Program-made: the position numbers and the translations under genes
Notes under the pieces: model-generated
The model's database searches: none
Seen by the model: only the letters and a program-made list of their open reading frames with translations
What the model was told of the DNA's origin: nothing
Assembly: GCA_002269645.1 (NCBI GenBank)
Contig: NIVC01002046.1
Span: 27,922 to 91,921 of the forward strand
Length of the DNA stretch: 64,000 nucleotides
Reading direction: 5' to 3'
Source of the DNA: Macrostomum lignano
Lineage: Eukaryota
Shown: positions 1 to 11,400 of the stretch, in pieces
Layout of the letters: each line of letters starts with the position of its first letter
How positions within the stretch are numbered: the first letter of the stretch is position 1

Positions 1-88
1 AGTGTGGGATTCTTCATGTGTCTCCGGGTGGGATTCTTCGTGTGTCTCGGTGTGGGATTCTTCATGTGTCTCGGTGTGGGATTCTTCA
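1..88. repeat. End of 24-bp intronic minisatellite (GTGTGGGATTCTTCATGTGTCTC)
   Basis: Direct repeats, same family as 10451-12304. Confidence 0.85.
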
Positions 89-148
89 AACCGGTGTCTT
101 TTTTAATCAAATAAAAATATTATCCGAATCCAAAATTATTCGCCGCAG

Positions 149-3100
149 CTCTGCAAGCAGAACTGGAGCGGCTCCGTCAGAAGCAGCTGGCCAGCAGCAG
201 CGGCAGCGAACAGTCGGAGGCGGCCGTCGCCCTGGCGCAGGACAATGCGCGCCAGGCGCTGGAGATTTCTGATCTGCGCGACCAGCTGCAGGCCTGCAAA
301 CTGCAGGCGGAGGAGTTGGAGAACTGGAAGCTGGCGCGACTGCAGGCGGAGGCTGTTAAGGAGAACTGCCCGGTGAGATTTTGCTGGGGTTGTCAATCTG
401 CCAAGCTGTCTGTCTAGCTACTCATGTGTCACTTCTACCATCATGAGAATCTCACATCTGCCATCCCGAGAATCTCACATCTGCCATCATGAGAATCTCG
501 CATCTACCACCATGAGAATCTCACATCTACCATCATGAGAATCTCACATCTACCATAATGAGAATCTCACATCTACCACCATGAGAATCCCACATCTACC
601 ATCATGAGAATCTCACATCTACCATCATGAGAATCTCACATCTACCATCATGAGAATCTCACATCTACCATCATGAGAATCTCACATCTACCATCATGAG
701 AATCTCACATCTACCATACTAATTAAAGAAAGTACAAAATAACCTTGCAGGCGGCTTCCTCGGACACCGGCAGTCAGACAACCCCAAAAGTGTCAGCCAC
801 AATATCCACCTCTCCACCCGTGTCAGCCGCCGTTGTCAATCCAGCCGCTCCATCAACGCCATTACGGCATCGCCAGTTGTCCATCGTTGACGGCGGTTGT
901 ACAGCATCGGCGAATTTGCGTCGATTGAGTTCAACAGCAGCAGCTGGACTGTCAGCAGTTTCGGCTAACGTTTCGTTGGCTAATTCCTCTATAGGCTCAT
1001 TCTCCCCTATGCTGGCTCCCATCAGCCCGGCGGCAGCTCTGGAGGAGTGCTTAGTTGGCCTGCAAGGCAGTCGCGTACTGTTAGAGACCTGCTTTAACTC
1101 CGTGTTAGCTTGGACACCCGCCGATGTGATGCTGGCCCATCTGCACAGTGTATTGGCCGCGTTGATCTCGGCTGCTGAGGATGACAATGCTGAGCAGCAG
1201 CAGCAGCAGGATGACTCTTTGATTGCTTCGGTCAGTCGGACGGCTACGGATCCGCTGAGGTGCATTCGAGTGGCCGCCGCTGTGCAAGGATTGCTGCACG
1301 CGTTCCCGCTGCTGGTGCTGCTGGGTGAGCCTTGGGTGCGCTCCAGTGTGCTGGGGTATGGGATTAAAGTGTGGGATGTGGGATTCTGATGTGTGGGGTA
1401 TGGGGTTCTGAAGTGTGGGGTGTGGGTGTGGGATTCTGAAGTGTGGGGTGTGGGGTTCTGAAGTGTGGGGTGTGGGGTTCTGAAGTGTGGGGTGTGGGTG
1501 TGGGATTCTGAAGTGTATGGGGTGTGGGGTATGGGGTTCTGAAGTGTGGGGTTTGGGTTATGAGATTCTGAAGTGTATGGGGTGTGGGGTTTGGGATTCT
1601 GAAGTGTATGGGTGTGGGATTCTGAAGTGTGGGGTTTGGGGTATGAGATTCTGAAGTGTATGGGGTGTGGGGTATGGGATTCTGAAGTGTATGGGGTGTG
1701 GGGTATGGGATTCTGAAGTGTATGGGGTGTGGGGTATGGGATTCTGAAGTGTGAGGTGTGGGGTATGGGATTCTGAAGTGTATGGGGTGTGGGGCATGGG
1801 ATTCTGAAGTGTATGGGGTGTGGGGTATGGGATTCTGATGTGTGGGGTGTGGGGTATGGGATTCTGAAGTGTATGGGGTTTGGGGCATGGAGTTCTGAGG
1901 TGTGGGGTATGGGATTCTGATTTGTGGGGTATGGTATTTTGAAGTGTGAGTGTGGGGCATGGGATTCTGATGTGTGGGGTATGGTATTTTGAAGTGTGAG
2001 TGTGGGGTATGGGATTCTGAAGTGTATGGGGTGTGGGGCATGGAGTTCTGAGGTGTGGGGTATGGGATTCTGATGTGTGGGGTATGGTATTTTGAAGTGT
2101 GAGTGTGGGGCATGGGATTCTGATGTGTGGGGGTATGGGGCATAGAATTTCGAGGTGTGGGATGTGATGTATGGTATTTTGAAGTTTGAGGTGTGGGACA
2201 TGGGATGCTAAAGTGTATAGGTGTGGGATTCTTTATTAGCTCATATACATGGACGATGAGGGATTTTTAAGTATGGGATTGTTAGAAGCAGCTCACCGTG
2301 ACTGACACCACAACCTAGCTGGTTCGATTCCATGCGAAGCCAATTAATTCATTTGGGGCTTTTATGCACGAAAATTGGCCAGGGAGGGGTGTGGGGTTTG
2401 TGGTCCGATTCACAGCCATGAGGGCCAACCCCCAAGGCACAGTGAGTGCACATCCCTGACCGATTAGACAGTCAGAGGGGCACCGACCACCCTGTTTGAG
2501 TGTTTGCATGTGCTCATGAGGTTGTTAGACGGCTGTGGTGTTGTACTTAGCATGCGGTTCTGGATTCTTCAATCTGTCATTCGGGGCAACAATCTCAGAC
2601 AACGAAAGCGAACTGCAGCAACAGCAGCAGCAGCATCAGTTGGAGCAATCTGCAACAGACGATCAGCTCAACCAGCAGCAGCACTTCTCCAACAATAGCA
2701 GCAGCAACAGCCAAACGCTCGGCGATTTCCTGTCCACGAAATGGGAGCCGCTCCGCTCCCTGGCCGACCGGGCCGTCGCCCTGCTGCACGCCGTTCGCTT
2801 GGGCGTCGAGCCGCTGGCCAAAGAGGCCGCCGCCGCCTCCATCGCCATCTGCTGCCGGCAGCTGGCGCCGCTGATCTACGCCGGCGGCAGCGGCGGGGTG
2901 TCCACCTTCCTGAGCTGGCTGGCAGCCAGGCAGTGCCCGACCGACGCCGTGGGCACCCGGCTGTTGGCCTCGCTGAGGCGGGCGGCTGGCGAGCGGCTCA
3001 GCCAGCGGTGCGCCAATCTTCGCCGACTGTTGAGTCTGGTTCGATCGGAGCTGCGAGTTGTAGCACTCGGCTGCTGCGGCGGCGACAACGTCGTCGGAGG

Positions 3101-4079
3101 CCTTGCCGACGTGGCCGAAGCTCTGGACGATTTTGTTGGCAGCGTCGACTGCCTGCTGGCCGATGCGGCCGGCTCGGCGGCTTTGGTTGCCAGCCGGGAG
3201 GCCGAGTTCGACTGCGCCTGCGGCGACGATGCCGACCATGCTGCTGCTGAGGAGCGGGCCGGCGACGGGGCAGCCGCTGACGCCGACGGATCTCGGCTGG
3301 TCAGTCTGGGTGTGGGTTATTCTGTCTGGGTGTGGGATTCTTCTGTCTGAGTGTGGGATTCTTCTGTCTGGGTGTGGGATTCTTCTGTCTGGGTGTGGGA
3401 TTCTTCTGTCTGGGTGTGGGATTCTTCTGTCTGAGTGTGGGATTCTTCTGTCTGGGTGTGGGATTCTCCTGTCCGAGTGTGGTATTATTTTGTTTTGGTA
3501 TGAGATTCTTCTGTCTTGGTGTGAGATTCTTTTGTCTGGGTGTAGGATTCTTCCGTCTGGGGGTATGGGATTTTTCCGTCTGTGTGTGGGACTCCTCTGT
3601 CTTGGTGTGGGATTCCTCTTTAAACCCTATTGAAGGTGGACAGTTTATTTAAAGCTTCACCCCACCGGCAGGAGCAGGAGGGCACCCCAACCGCGCCAAG
3701 ACGACGCCAGCGCCGGCGCCCTCAACCGGAGCGCCTATCCCTGCCAGCATTCAACCAGCGAATCAACTGGATCAATGCCTGTCCGGAGTTCTTCAAGCAC
3801 TCCCGGGCTGTGGTGTCGCACTGCCAGCAGACTCTGCGCTACCTGGAGATCCTGCTTGGCGGCAGTCAGCTCGAAATCATCACTGTAGGCGTGAAATGCC
3901 AACACGAGATGCAACGGTTAGACTTAGACTTGGACTGCCTGCCAGTCAGCAAGCTGTTTGACTCGTCAATCGAACCAAGTCGAGCTTGTCTGCGCCGATT
4001 AAAATTGACGCTGGAAGCCGCCTGCGTCAAAGCGGCGGAGCTCGTCATCAGCGGTCGGAATCGGCATCAGCGGCGTTAA
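149..4079 (+). CDS. KIF14: 3' exons of an upstream duplicate copy of the KIF14-like kinesin (exons 149-372, 751-1324, 2599-3299, 3636-4079; 5' part lies before the window)
   Basis: Exons are the same length as, and nearly identical to, 12365-12588, 13082-13655, 14952-15652 and 15948-16391. GT/AG boundaries and phases are conserved and frames are open. Confidence 0.8.
435..716. repeat. 23-bp intronic minisatellite CATCATGAGAATCTCACATCTAC
   Basis: About 12 tandem units read directly. Confidence 0.92.
1335..2230. repeat. G/T-rich composite intronic minisatellite (GGGGTATGGGATTCTGAAGTGT core)
   Basis: Tandem 22-29 bp units; source of the HTPHT-type artefact ORFs. Confidence 0.92.
2280..2457 (+). 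mobile_element. tRNA-derived SINE-like element
   Basis: B-box GGTTCGATTCC at 2321-2331. The 3' module TGAGGGCCAACCCCCAAGGCACAGTGAGTGCACAT (2419-2453) is shared with 14672-14848 and 23354-23528(-). Confidence 0.55.
3307..3618. repeat. 21-bp intronic minisatellite GGTGTGGGATTCTTCTGTCTG
   Basis: Tandem units read directly. Confidence 0.92.
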
Positions 4080-4736
4080 ATCATTTTAATAACGATATTT
4101 TCTTAACTTTCTACTTAATTCGAGCTGGTCAGTAGTATAAACTAAAATTTTACGCATTTTTCTACAATTCAACCAAAAAGTCAGTTTTGTGCTACTAAAA
4201 GTAGGCCAAAATGGACTTGCAATTAATAAGTTTTTTCTTCTACTCCTAGTAGTTCAATGCGAATTTTTCTACTTTAAAGTGCTTTTATATTGCTCACATT
4301 TTTAATTCCCTTTGTCGTTATTGTTAGCATTTAAATTTAATATAAAATTCTATGTACTCTTCTCACAATCACAAGGCTATTATAGTCGAAATACACTGGG
4401 ACAATTATTATGCAATGGCTAAGTATCGATATTTTCTCAACAGTCAACAAGTGTCTTGAACGAATTGGTGTGATTATTTTTATTATAATGATTATAAATC
4501 ATAGAGAAGTTAAAAGCTAAGATTTTTTCTTAGGACAGCATTAGCAAAACTAAAAAAGCTTTTGTTAGAAACAGCAGTATTGAGCAAGTTTATTCGTATT
4601 GATGAATAATGTAAAACAGAGTAGTGCTACTGCTTGCATAGTAGTAAGTAGTATAAGTAGTATATAGTGTTTCTTGATTAACAATATTGTTAGTTGTGCG
4701 TTGCTAAAAGTTAATTCACACAACTAATACCGCTGT

Positions 4737-6160
4737 AATTGTCACACCTGGAACTGGGCCTATCTAATTGTCACACCTGGAACTGGGCCTATCTAATTGT
4801 CACACCTGGAACTGGGCTAATCTAATTGTCACACCTGGAACTGGGCTTATCTAATTGTCACACCTGGAACTGAATCCAGCTATAATTGTCACACCCGGAA
4901 CTGAATCCAGCCATAATTGTCACACCTGGAACTGAATGCAGCTATAATTGTCACACCCGGAACTGAATCCAGCTATAATTGTCACACCTGGAACTCACAC
5001 CCGGAACTGAATCCAGCTATAATTGTCACACCTGGAACTGAATCCAGTATATTGTCACACCTGGAACTGAATCCAGTATATTGTCACACCCGGAACTGAA
5101 TCCAGCTATAATTGTCACACCCGGAACTGAATCCAGCTATAATTGTCACACCTGGAACTGAATCCAGCTATAATTGTCACACCGGGAACTGAATTCAGCT
5201 ATAATTGTCACACCCGGAACTGAATCCAGCTATAATTGTCACACCTGGAACTGAATCCAGCTATAATTGTCACACCGGGAACTGAATTCAGCTATAATTG
5301 TCACACCGGGAACTGAATTCAGCTATAATTGTCACACCGGGAACTGAATCCAGCTATAATTGTCACACCTGGAACTGAATCCAGCTATAATTGTCACACC
5401 TGGAACTGAATCCAGCTATAATTGTCACACCTGGAACTGAATCCAGTATATTGTCACACCTGGAACTGAATCCAGCTATAATTGTCACACCTGGAACTGA
5501 ATCCAGCTATAATTGTCACACCTGGAACTGAATCCAGTATATTGTCACATCTGGAACTGAATCCAGCTATAATTGTCACACCTGGAACTGAATCCAGCTA
5601 TAATTGTCACACCTGGAACTGAATCCAGCTATAATTGTCACACCTGGAACTGAATCCAGTATATTGTCACACCTGGAACTGAATCCAGCTATAATTGTCA
5701 CACCTGGAACTGAATCCAGCTATAATTGTCACACCTGGAACTGAATCCAGTATATTGTCACATCTGGAACTGAATCCAGCTATAATTGTCACACCTGGAA
5801 CTGAATCCAGCTATAATTGTCACACCTGGAACTGAATCCAGCTATATTGTCACACCTGGAACTGAATCCAGCTATAATTGTCACACCTGGAACTGAATCC
5901 AGCTATAATTGTCACACCTGGAACTGAATCCAGTTTATTGTCACACCTGGTACTGAATCCAGCTATAATTGTCACACCTGGAACTGAATCTAGCTATATT
6001 GTCACACCTGGAACTGAATCCAGCTATAATTGTCACACCTGGAACTGAATCCAGCTATATTGTCACACCTGGAACTGAATCCAGCTATAATTGTCACACC
6101 TGGAACTGAATCCATCTATATTGTCACACCTGGAACTGAATCCAGTTTATTGTCACACCT
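4737..6160. repeat. 31-bp minisatellite AATTGTCACACCTGGAACTGAATCCAGCTAT between converging 3' ends
   Basis: About 45 tandem units. Confidence 0.95.
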
Positions 6161-6174
6161 AGTGGACAACCCAG

Positions 6175-7447
6175 TCACTCGGCCACCAGTCTCTTGTGCA
6201 GAGTCTGCGCAAACTTCACCACCAGAGCGGTCCATCCAGTCTGATGGCTGGCACCGCAGCCTCGCCCCGTGTCGCCGTGGAAGTACTCGTAGAACAGGGC
6301 GAACTCCGCACCGCGCCACTGGCTAGCGAACTCTTTAGCCTCCCCGTGCAGCGGTCGTCGTCGGGCAGTCGCAGCAGTCTGGCCTAGAGAATACGGTATA
6401 GAAATAGAAACTTGCAATGAGACAGTTGGTTAGATACTATACTCAGGCACTCATATGCACGCTAACACAGGGTGTTAGTGTAGCTAAGTGTAGCTATCAC
6501 AGCGGCCCGGACTTTCTAATCGTCAGGTAATTACCATCTACGCCGTCGTGTTTGCCAACAAAGATTGACAGCACTCGTTCGCAGACTTGTCTGGCAAAGC
6601 GACGCAGCCGGGGATCGGGTCGGCCGCCTTCGTGCACCCTGAGCGCCGCCTGCACCAGCAGGTAGTTCATGCAGAGCCACACCGGGCCGCGCCAGTTGCT
6701 GTTGCCGCCGTACATCCCGGTGCGAGACTCGCCCGGCTCGTAGTTTAAAGTGGACTGAGCCAGCGTCACCGGGTGCTTCCGGTGCCAGCGAGACACCATG
6801 CGTACCCCGTAGGGTCCTTGTGGGGTTGCGATTTTGTAGTTTTCATTGGTTATAAATTGGTTTATTATTTTTCCTACTTTTCTACTAATGAGTAGACAAG
6901 CTGGAGTATTTCTGTGCTTTTATTGTTGTAAGCAAATATAGCACAATGACGAACGGACCTAAGCGCTGTAGGACCCGATTTTGAGTCTGGCGCCAGTGTC
7001 TAGGGAATTCTGAGTGTGGCGCCAAAGTCAGGGAATGCTGAGTGGGGCGCCAAGGTCAATGAGTTCTGAGTGTGGCGCCAATGTCGAGGGAATTCTGAGT
7101 GTGGCGCCAATGTCGAGGGAATTCTGAGTGTGGCGCCAATGTCAGTGAATTCTGAGTGTGGCGCCAATGTCGAGGGAATTCTGAGTGTGGCGCCAATGTC
7201 AGTGAATTCTGAGTGTGGCGCTAATGTCTAGGGAATTCTGAGTGTGGCGCCAAGGCCAGGGAGTTCTGAGTCTGAATAAAGGCCACCCAGCTCACCCAGA
7301 AATCCTTCGTCAGCATCGGAGCAGTCTGCTGGGCCCTCCCGCAGCGGGAACAGCCGCTCGAAGACTTTCGCCCACTGCCTGCTGCTCAGCAGAGACACCA
7401 AGCAGCGGCTCCCGCTGTTGCCAGGTCGTTCAACGCGAAGGCCGCAC
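6175..7447 (-). pseudogene. Orphan duplicate of the last three GH63 exons (7447-7296, 6816-6535, 6383-6175); 5' exons absent
   Basis: Encodes EPGESRTGMYGGNSNWRGPVW and EYFHGDTGRGCGASHQTGWT, matching 18971-17646. It is cut off at the duplication junction (7573). Confidence 0.85.
6985..7272. repeat. 27-29 bp intronic minisatellite GGGAATTCTGAGTGTGGCGCCAATGTC
   Basis: Tandem units read directly. Confidence 0.9.
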
Positions 7448-8445
7448 CTGGAAGTTTTTTTGTTGAATTGTGAACTGATGCTGCACTCGTGCCACATGGA
7501 CGCCAAATTGAGTAAAGTGGCACTAAATTGAGTACATTGGCACTAAATTGAGTACAGTGGAACTGAATTGAGTTAGATGATAAGAACTGACCATATTCGT
7601 TTTTATTTGTCAATCATCCCGTCATCTAATATAGACATCTTCATAAAAAAAATTACGAACGCATGTGTGTATTTTACAGAATAAAAAAAGAAATTTCAAA
7701 TAGCAAATTCCATTGATTTTTGTTTAAGACAGTTTTTTCAACTATAGCTCCCAATCGAGTTATTATGAGCTTCGCTACGAAAACATTAATCCATGAGTTT
7801 AATTATACATCTTTCTCACTTCAATTCCGTTTTCATTTGAAAGATTGCGTCTTCAAATTTAGCTATTAATAATGCATTTTTAGTTCAAACAAGTTTTGGA
7901 ATCATCAATATAGTCTAGTGTTTTTTTTGAGCTTTCAGTTTTTTCTATTTTTTTCTATTTATTTTAAACTATCTAATATATTTTTTATTTGCATTTTTCC
8001 TAAGTTTGAGCCTAATGGATAATAAGATTGTACAATAAATCGATTTTTCAGTCTAACATGATTCTTTTTACAAAACTAGAAAACGGTTGTCACTTTTGTT
8101 TTACTCTTATCTCACTATATTTGTATAGTATTAAGAGACTTCCGCGCCCTAAGTATGGTTGAGATTGATACTTTCAACGACTTGATATTGATGAGATTGT
8201 GAGACCTTTGCACCATCGATGAGATTGTGAGACTTCGATCGATCAGTTTGAGACTGAGAGACTTCCACACCATAGATCAGTTTGAGAGACTTCCACACCA
8301 TAAATCAGTTTGAGAGACTTCCACACCATAGATTGAGACTTCAGTACCCTAGTCCCCTAGCTAAGCTCTAAATAGCTCGTAAATTAGGCAACAGCTAAAG
8401 TACATTTGAACTGAAATAGCACTGTCCCCATCCCCAATCCCTCAG

Positions 8446-11400
8446 TTGACCCCGCAGGATTCCAAGCGTCGCTTCTCTGCGACGCCGACGCTGTCGACAA
8501 ATGTCGATGACGCTGCCTACGCCGTCCACAACTGCGCCGATCCTCCTTCCGACAGCTACGAAGGCCATCGTCGCTGGAACAATCTCTCCGGCGTCAGTCC
8601 GTCATCCGACCTTCTGACTGTTGCATCGTCGCGTCGTTTCAGTTCCACGCCCGACGTACTCGCCGATCTGCGCGGCGCCGACTGCTGTCAGGACGAGGAG
8701 GATGATCGTCGACAGGTTATTCAGCACCGCAGGCGCGGCGGCTCGATCAGGTCGCTGTTCCCTCATCTGGACAGTCGGCCTGACGATACCCCAAGCCCAT
8801 CGGGCACGTCAGCAGCAGCAGCAGCAGTTTCCTCCGAGCTGTCTCCCTCGGCGGCCGGTGTAAAAGTCGCCGTTCGGATTCGCCCGCTTGTTGAACGCGA
8901 ACTGCAGACTTTGGCGTCGGCACCGGCTGGCAGTAATTCAACGGTGGTGAGCGTGTCCTCGGATAACCCTAAGACTCTGCTAGTGCATCAGCCGTCGACC
9001 ACGAATATTCTTTCATTTTGCTTCGATCACTGCCTGGATTCAACCAACCCCAAGTCGGAGACCTACGCAGATCAGAACAGCGTCTACGAGAAAGTCGGCC
9101 TGCCACTGCTGGACAAGTGCTTGGCGGGATATAACTGCTGCCTGTTTGCCTACGGCATGACGTCGTCTGGCAAGACGCATACTGTCATGGGAGCGCCTGT
9201 TGGCGATGACAGAGGCCTGCTGCCCAGGTTTCTGCAGGACCTGTTCCAGGGCAAGGAGATTATTGAGGATCAGTGCGAGCAGCTGCAGGTGAGAGGGGAC
9301 CTGTTTATTGTGGCACAGGATTTGTCTTTTAGTAGCCTCCCCTGTCCTACAATAGCTTCTGTTGCTATCCGCCCCTGTCTCCTCCAGTAGCCACCGCTAT
9401 CCGCCCCTGTCCCCCGCCCCTGTCCCCCAGTAGCCACCGCTATCCGCCCCTGTCCCCCAGTAGCCACCGCTATCAGCCTCTGTCCCCCAGTAGCCACCAC
9501 TATCCGCCCCTGTCCCCCAGTAGCCACCACTATCCGCCCCTGTCCCCCAGTAGCCACCACTATCCGCCCCTGTCCCCCAGTAGCCACCACTATCCGCCCC
9601 TGTCCCCCAGTAGCCACCACTATCCGCCCCTGTCCCGCCCGCCCAGGTGGACATATCCTACTACGAGATCTACAACGAACGAATCCACGACCTCCTAGCG
9701 GCCAGTCACGATAAAAGCCTGCGCAAGGTGTCCCTAAAGGTACGCGAGCACCCTACTAAAGGCCCGTTCGTCGAAGGCCTGTCGGTTTATTCGAATGTAA
9801 GAACCTACGCTGACGTCATGACTTGGCTAGCTCTTGGCAACAAGCAGCGGGCCACGGCTAGCACAGATGTGAATCAGGTCAGCTCGCGCTCTCACACCGT
9901 TTGCACTCTCGGCTTGAAAAAGTTGCGCATAGTGGACGATGAGAATAAGCAACAACAGCAACAGACAGCAACGAACACTAGCAGCTCAGCCTCCAGTGTG
10001 CAACTGTGCATATCCAGTAGGGTTAATATTGTAGACTTGGCTGGCAGCGAGAGGCAAAGCGTTGCTGGCACCACCGGGGACCGGCTTCGCGAAGGATCCA
10101 ATATTAACAGAAGCCTGTTGACCCTCGGCAAAGTGATCAGTCTGCTCAGCGAACGCGTAGCTAACGAGGCTGGTGTGAATTCGTCCGCTAAGAAGTCTAA
10201 TAATCAGCATATACCTTATCGAGAGTCTATGCTTACCTGGTTGCTAAGGGACAGTTTAGGTGGCAACAGTCAGACTGTGATGATTGCAACTGTGTCGCCA
10301 GCTCCGCAGCATATCGATGAGACATTGAGTACCCTGCGCTATGCTACCAAGGCTCGCTCCATTGTTAATCTGGTGCGGGTTAACGAGGACAAATCGGCCT
10401 GCATGATTCGGAGTGAGTTTGCTCGCCAGTCTGCGTTTGCTTTGCAGAGGCTGTGGGATTCTTCCTGTGTCTCGCTGTGGGATTCTTCCTGTGTCTCAGT
10501 GTGCGATTCTTCCTGTGTCTCAGTGTGGGATTCTTCCTGTGTCAGTGTTGGATTCTTCCTGTGTCTCGTTGTGGGATTCTTCCTGTGTCACGGTGTGGGA
10601 TTCTCCCTGTGTCTCAGTGTGGGGATTCTTCATGTGTCTCAGTGTGGGGATTCTTCATGTGTCTTAGAGTGGGGATTCTTCATGTGTCTCAGTGTGGGGA
10701 TTCTTCATGTGTCTCAGTGTGGGATTCTTGTGTCGCAGTGTGGTATTCTTCCTGGTGTGAGATTCTTCATGTGTCTCGGTTCGGGATTCTTTCTGTGTCT
10801 CTATGTGGGATTCTTCATGTGATTCGGTGTGGAATTGTTCCTGTGTCTCAGTGTGGGATTCTTCATGTGTCACGGTGTAGAATTCTTCCTGTGTCTCAGT
10901 GTGGGATTCTTCATGTGTCTTGGTGTAGGATTCTTCCTATGTCTCGGTGTGGGATTCTTCCTGTGTCTCAATGTGGGTTTTTCCTGTGTCTCAGTTTGAG
11001 ATTCGTCTTGTGTCTTGGTGTGGGATTCTTCCTGTGTCTCGCTGTGGGATTCTTTTTGTGTCTCAATGTGGGTTTTTCCTGTGCCTCAGTTTGAGATTCG
11101 TCTTGTGTCTTGGTGTGGGATTCTTCCTGTGTCTCGCTGTGGGATTCTTCCTGTGTCTCAATGTGGGTTTTTCCTGTGCCTCAGTTTGAGATTCGTCTTG
11201 TGTCTTGGTGTGGGATTCTTCCTGTGTCTCGCTGTGGGATTCTTCCTGTGTCTCAATGTGGGTTTTTCCTGTGCCTCAGTTTGAGATTCGTCTTGTGTCT
11301 TGGTGTGGGATTCTTCCTGTGTCTCGCTGTGGGATTCTTTTTGTGTCTCAATGTGGGTTTTTCCTGTGCCTCAGTTTGAGATTCGTCTTGTGTCTTGGTG

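Larger units (their letters stand above)
1..7573. repeat. Copy 1 of a ~12 kb tandem segmental duplication (copy 2 approx. 12215-19100)
   Basis: Identical or near-identical ORF pairs (745/13076, 3630/15942, 6175/17646) and matching unique intergenic DNA. Similarity stops at 7573 inside the 20-bp AAATTGAGTACAGTGGCACT array. Confidence 0.93.

Noticed and set aside
2595-3250. Overlapping antisense and alternate-frame ORFs over GC-rich exons (also at 14948-15738)
   Set aside because: Expected shadow ORFs of GC-rich coding sequence; only one frame fits the splice phases.
8405-8410. CHR cell-cycle element TTTGAA near the KIF14 start
   Set aside because: A hexamer expected by chance in AT-rich DNA, and the transcription start is unknown.
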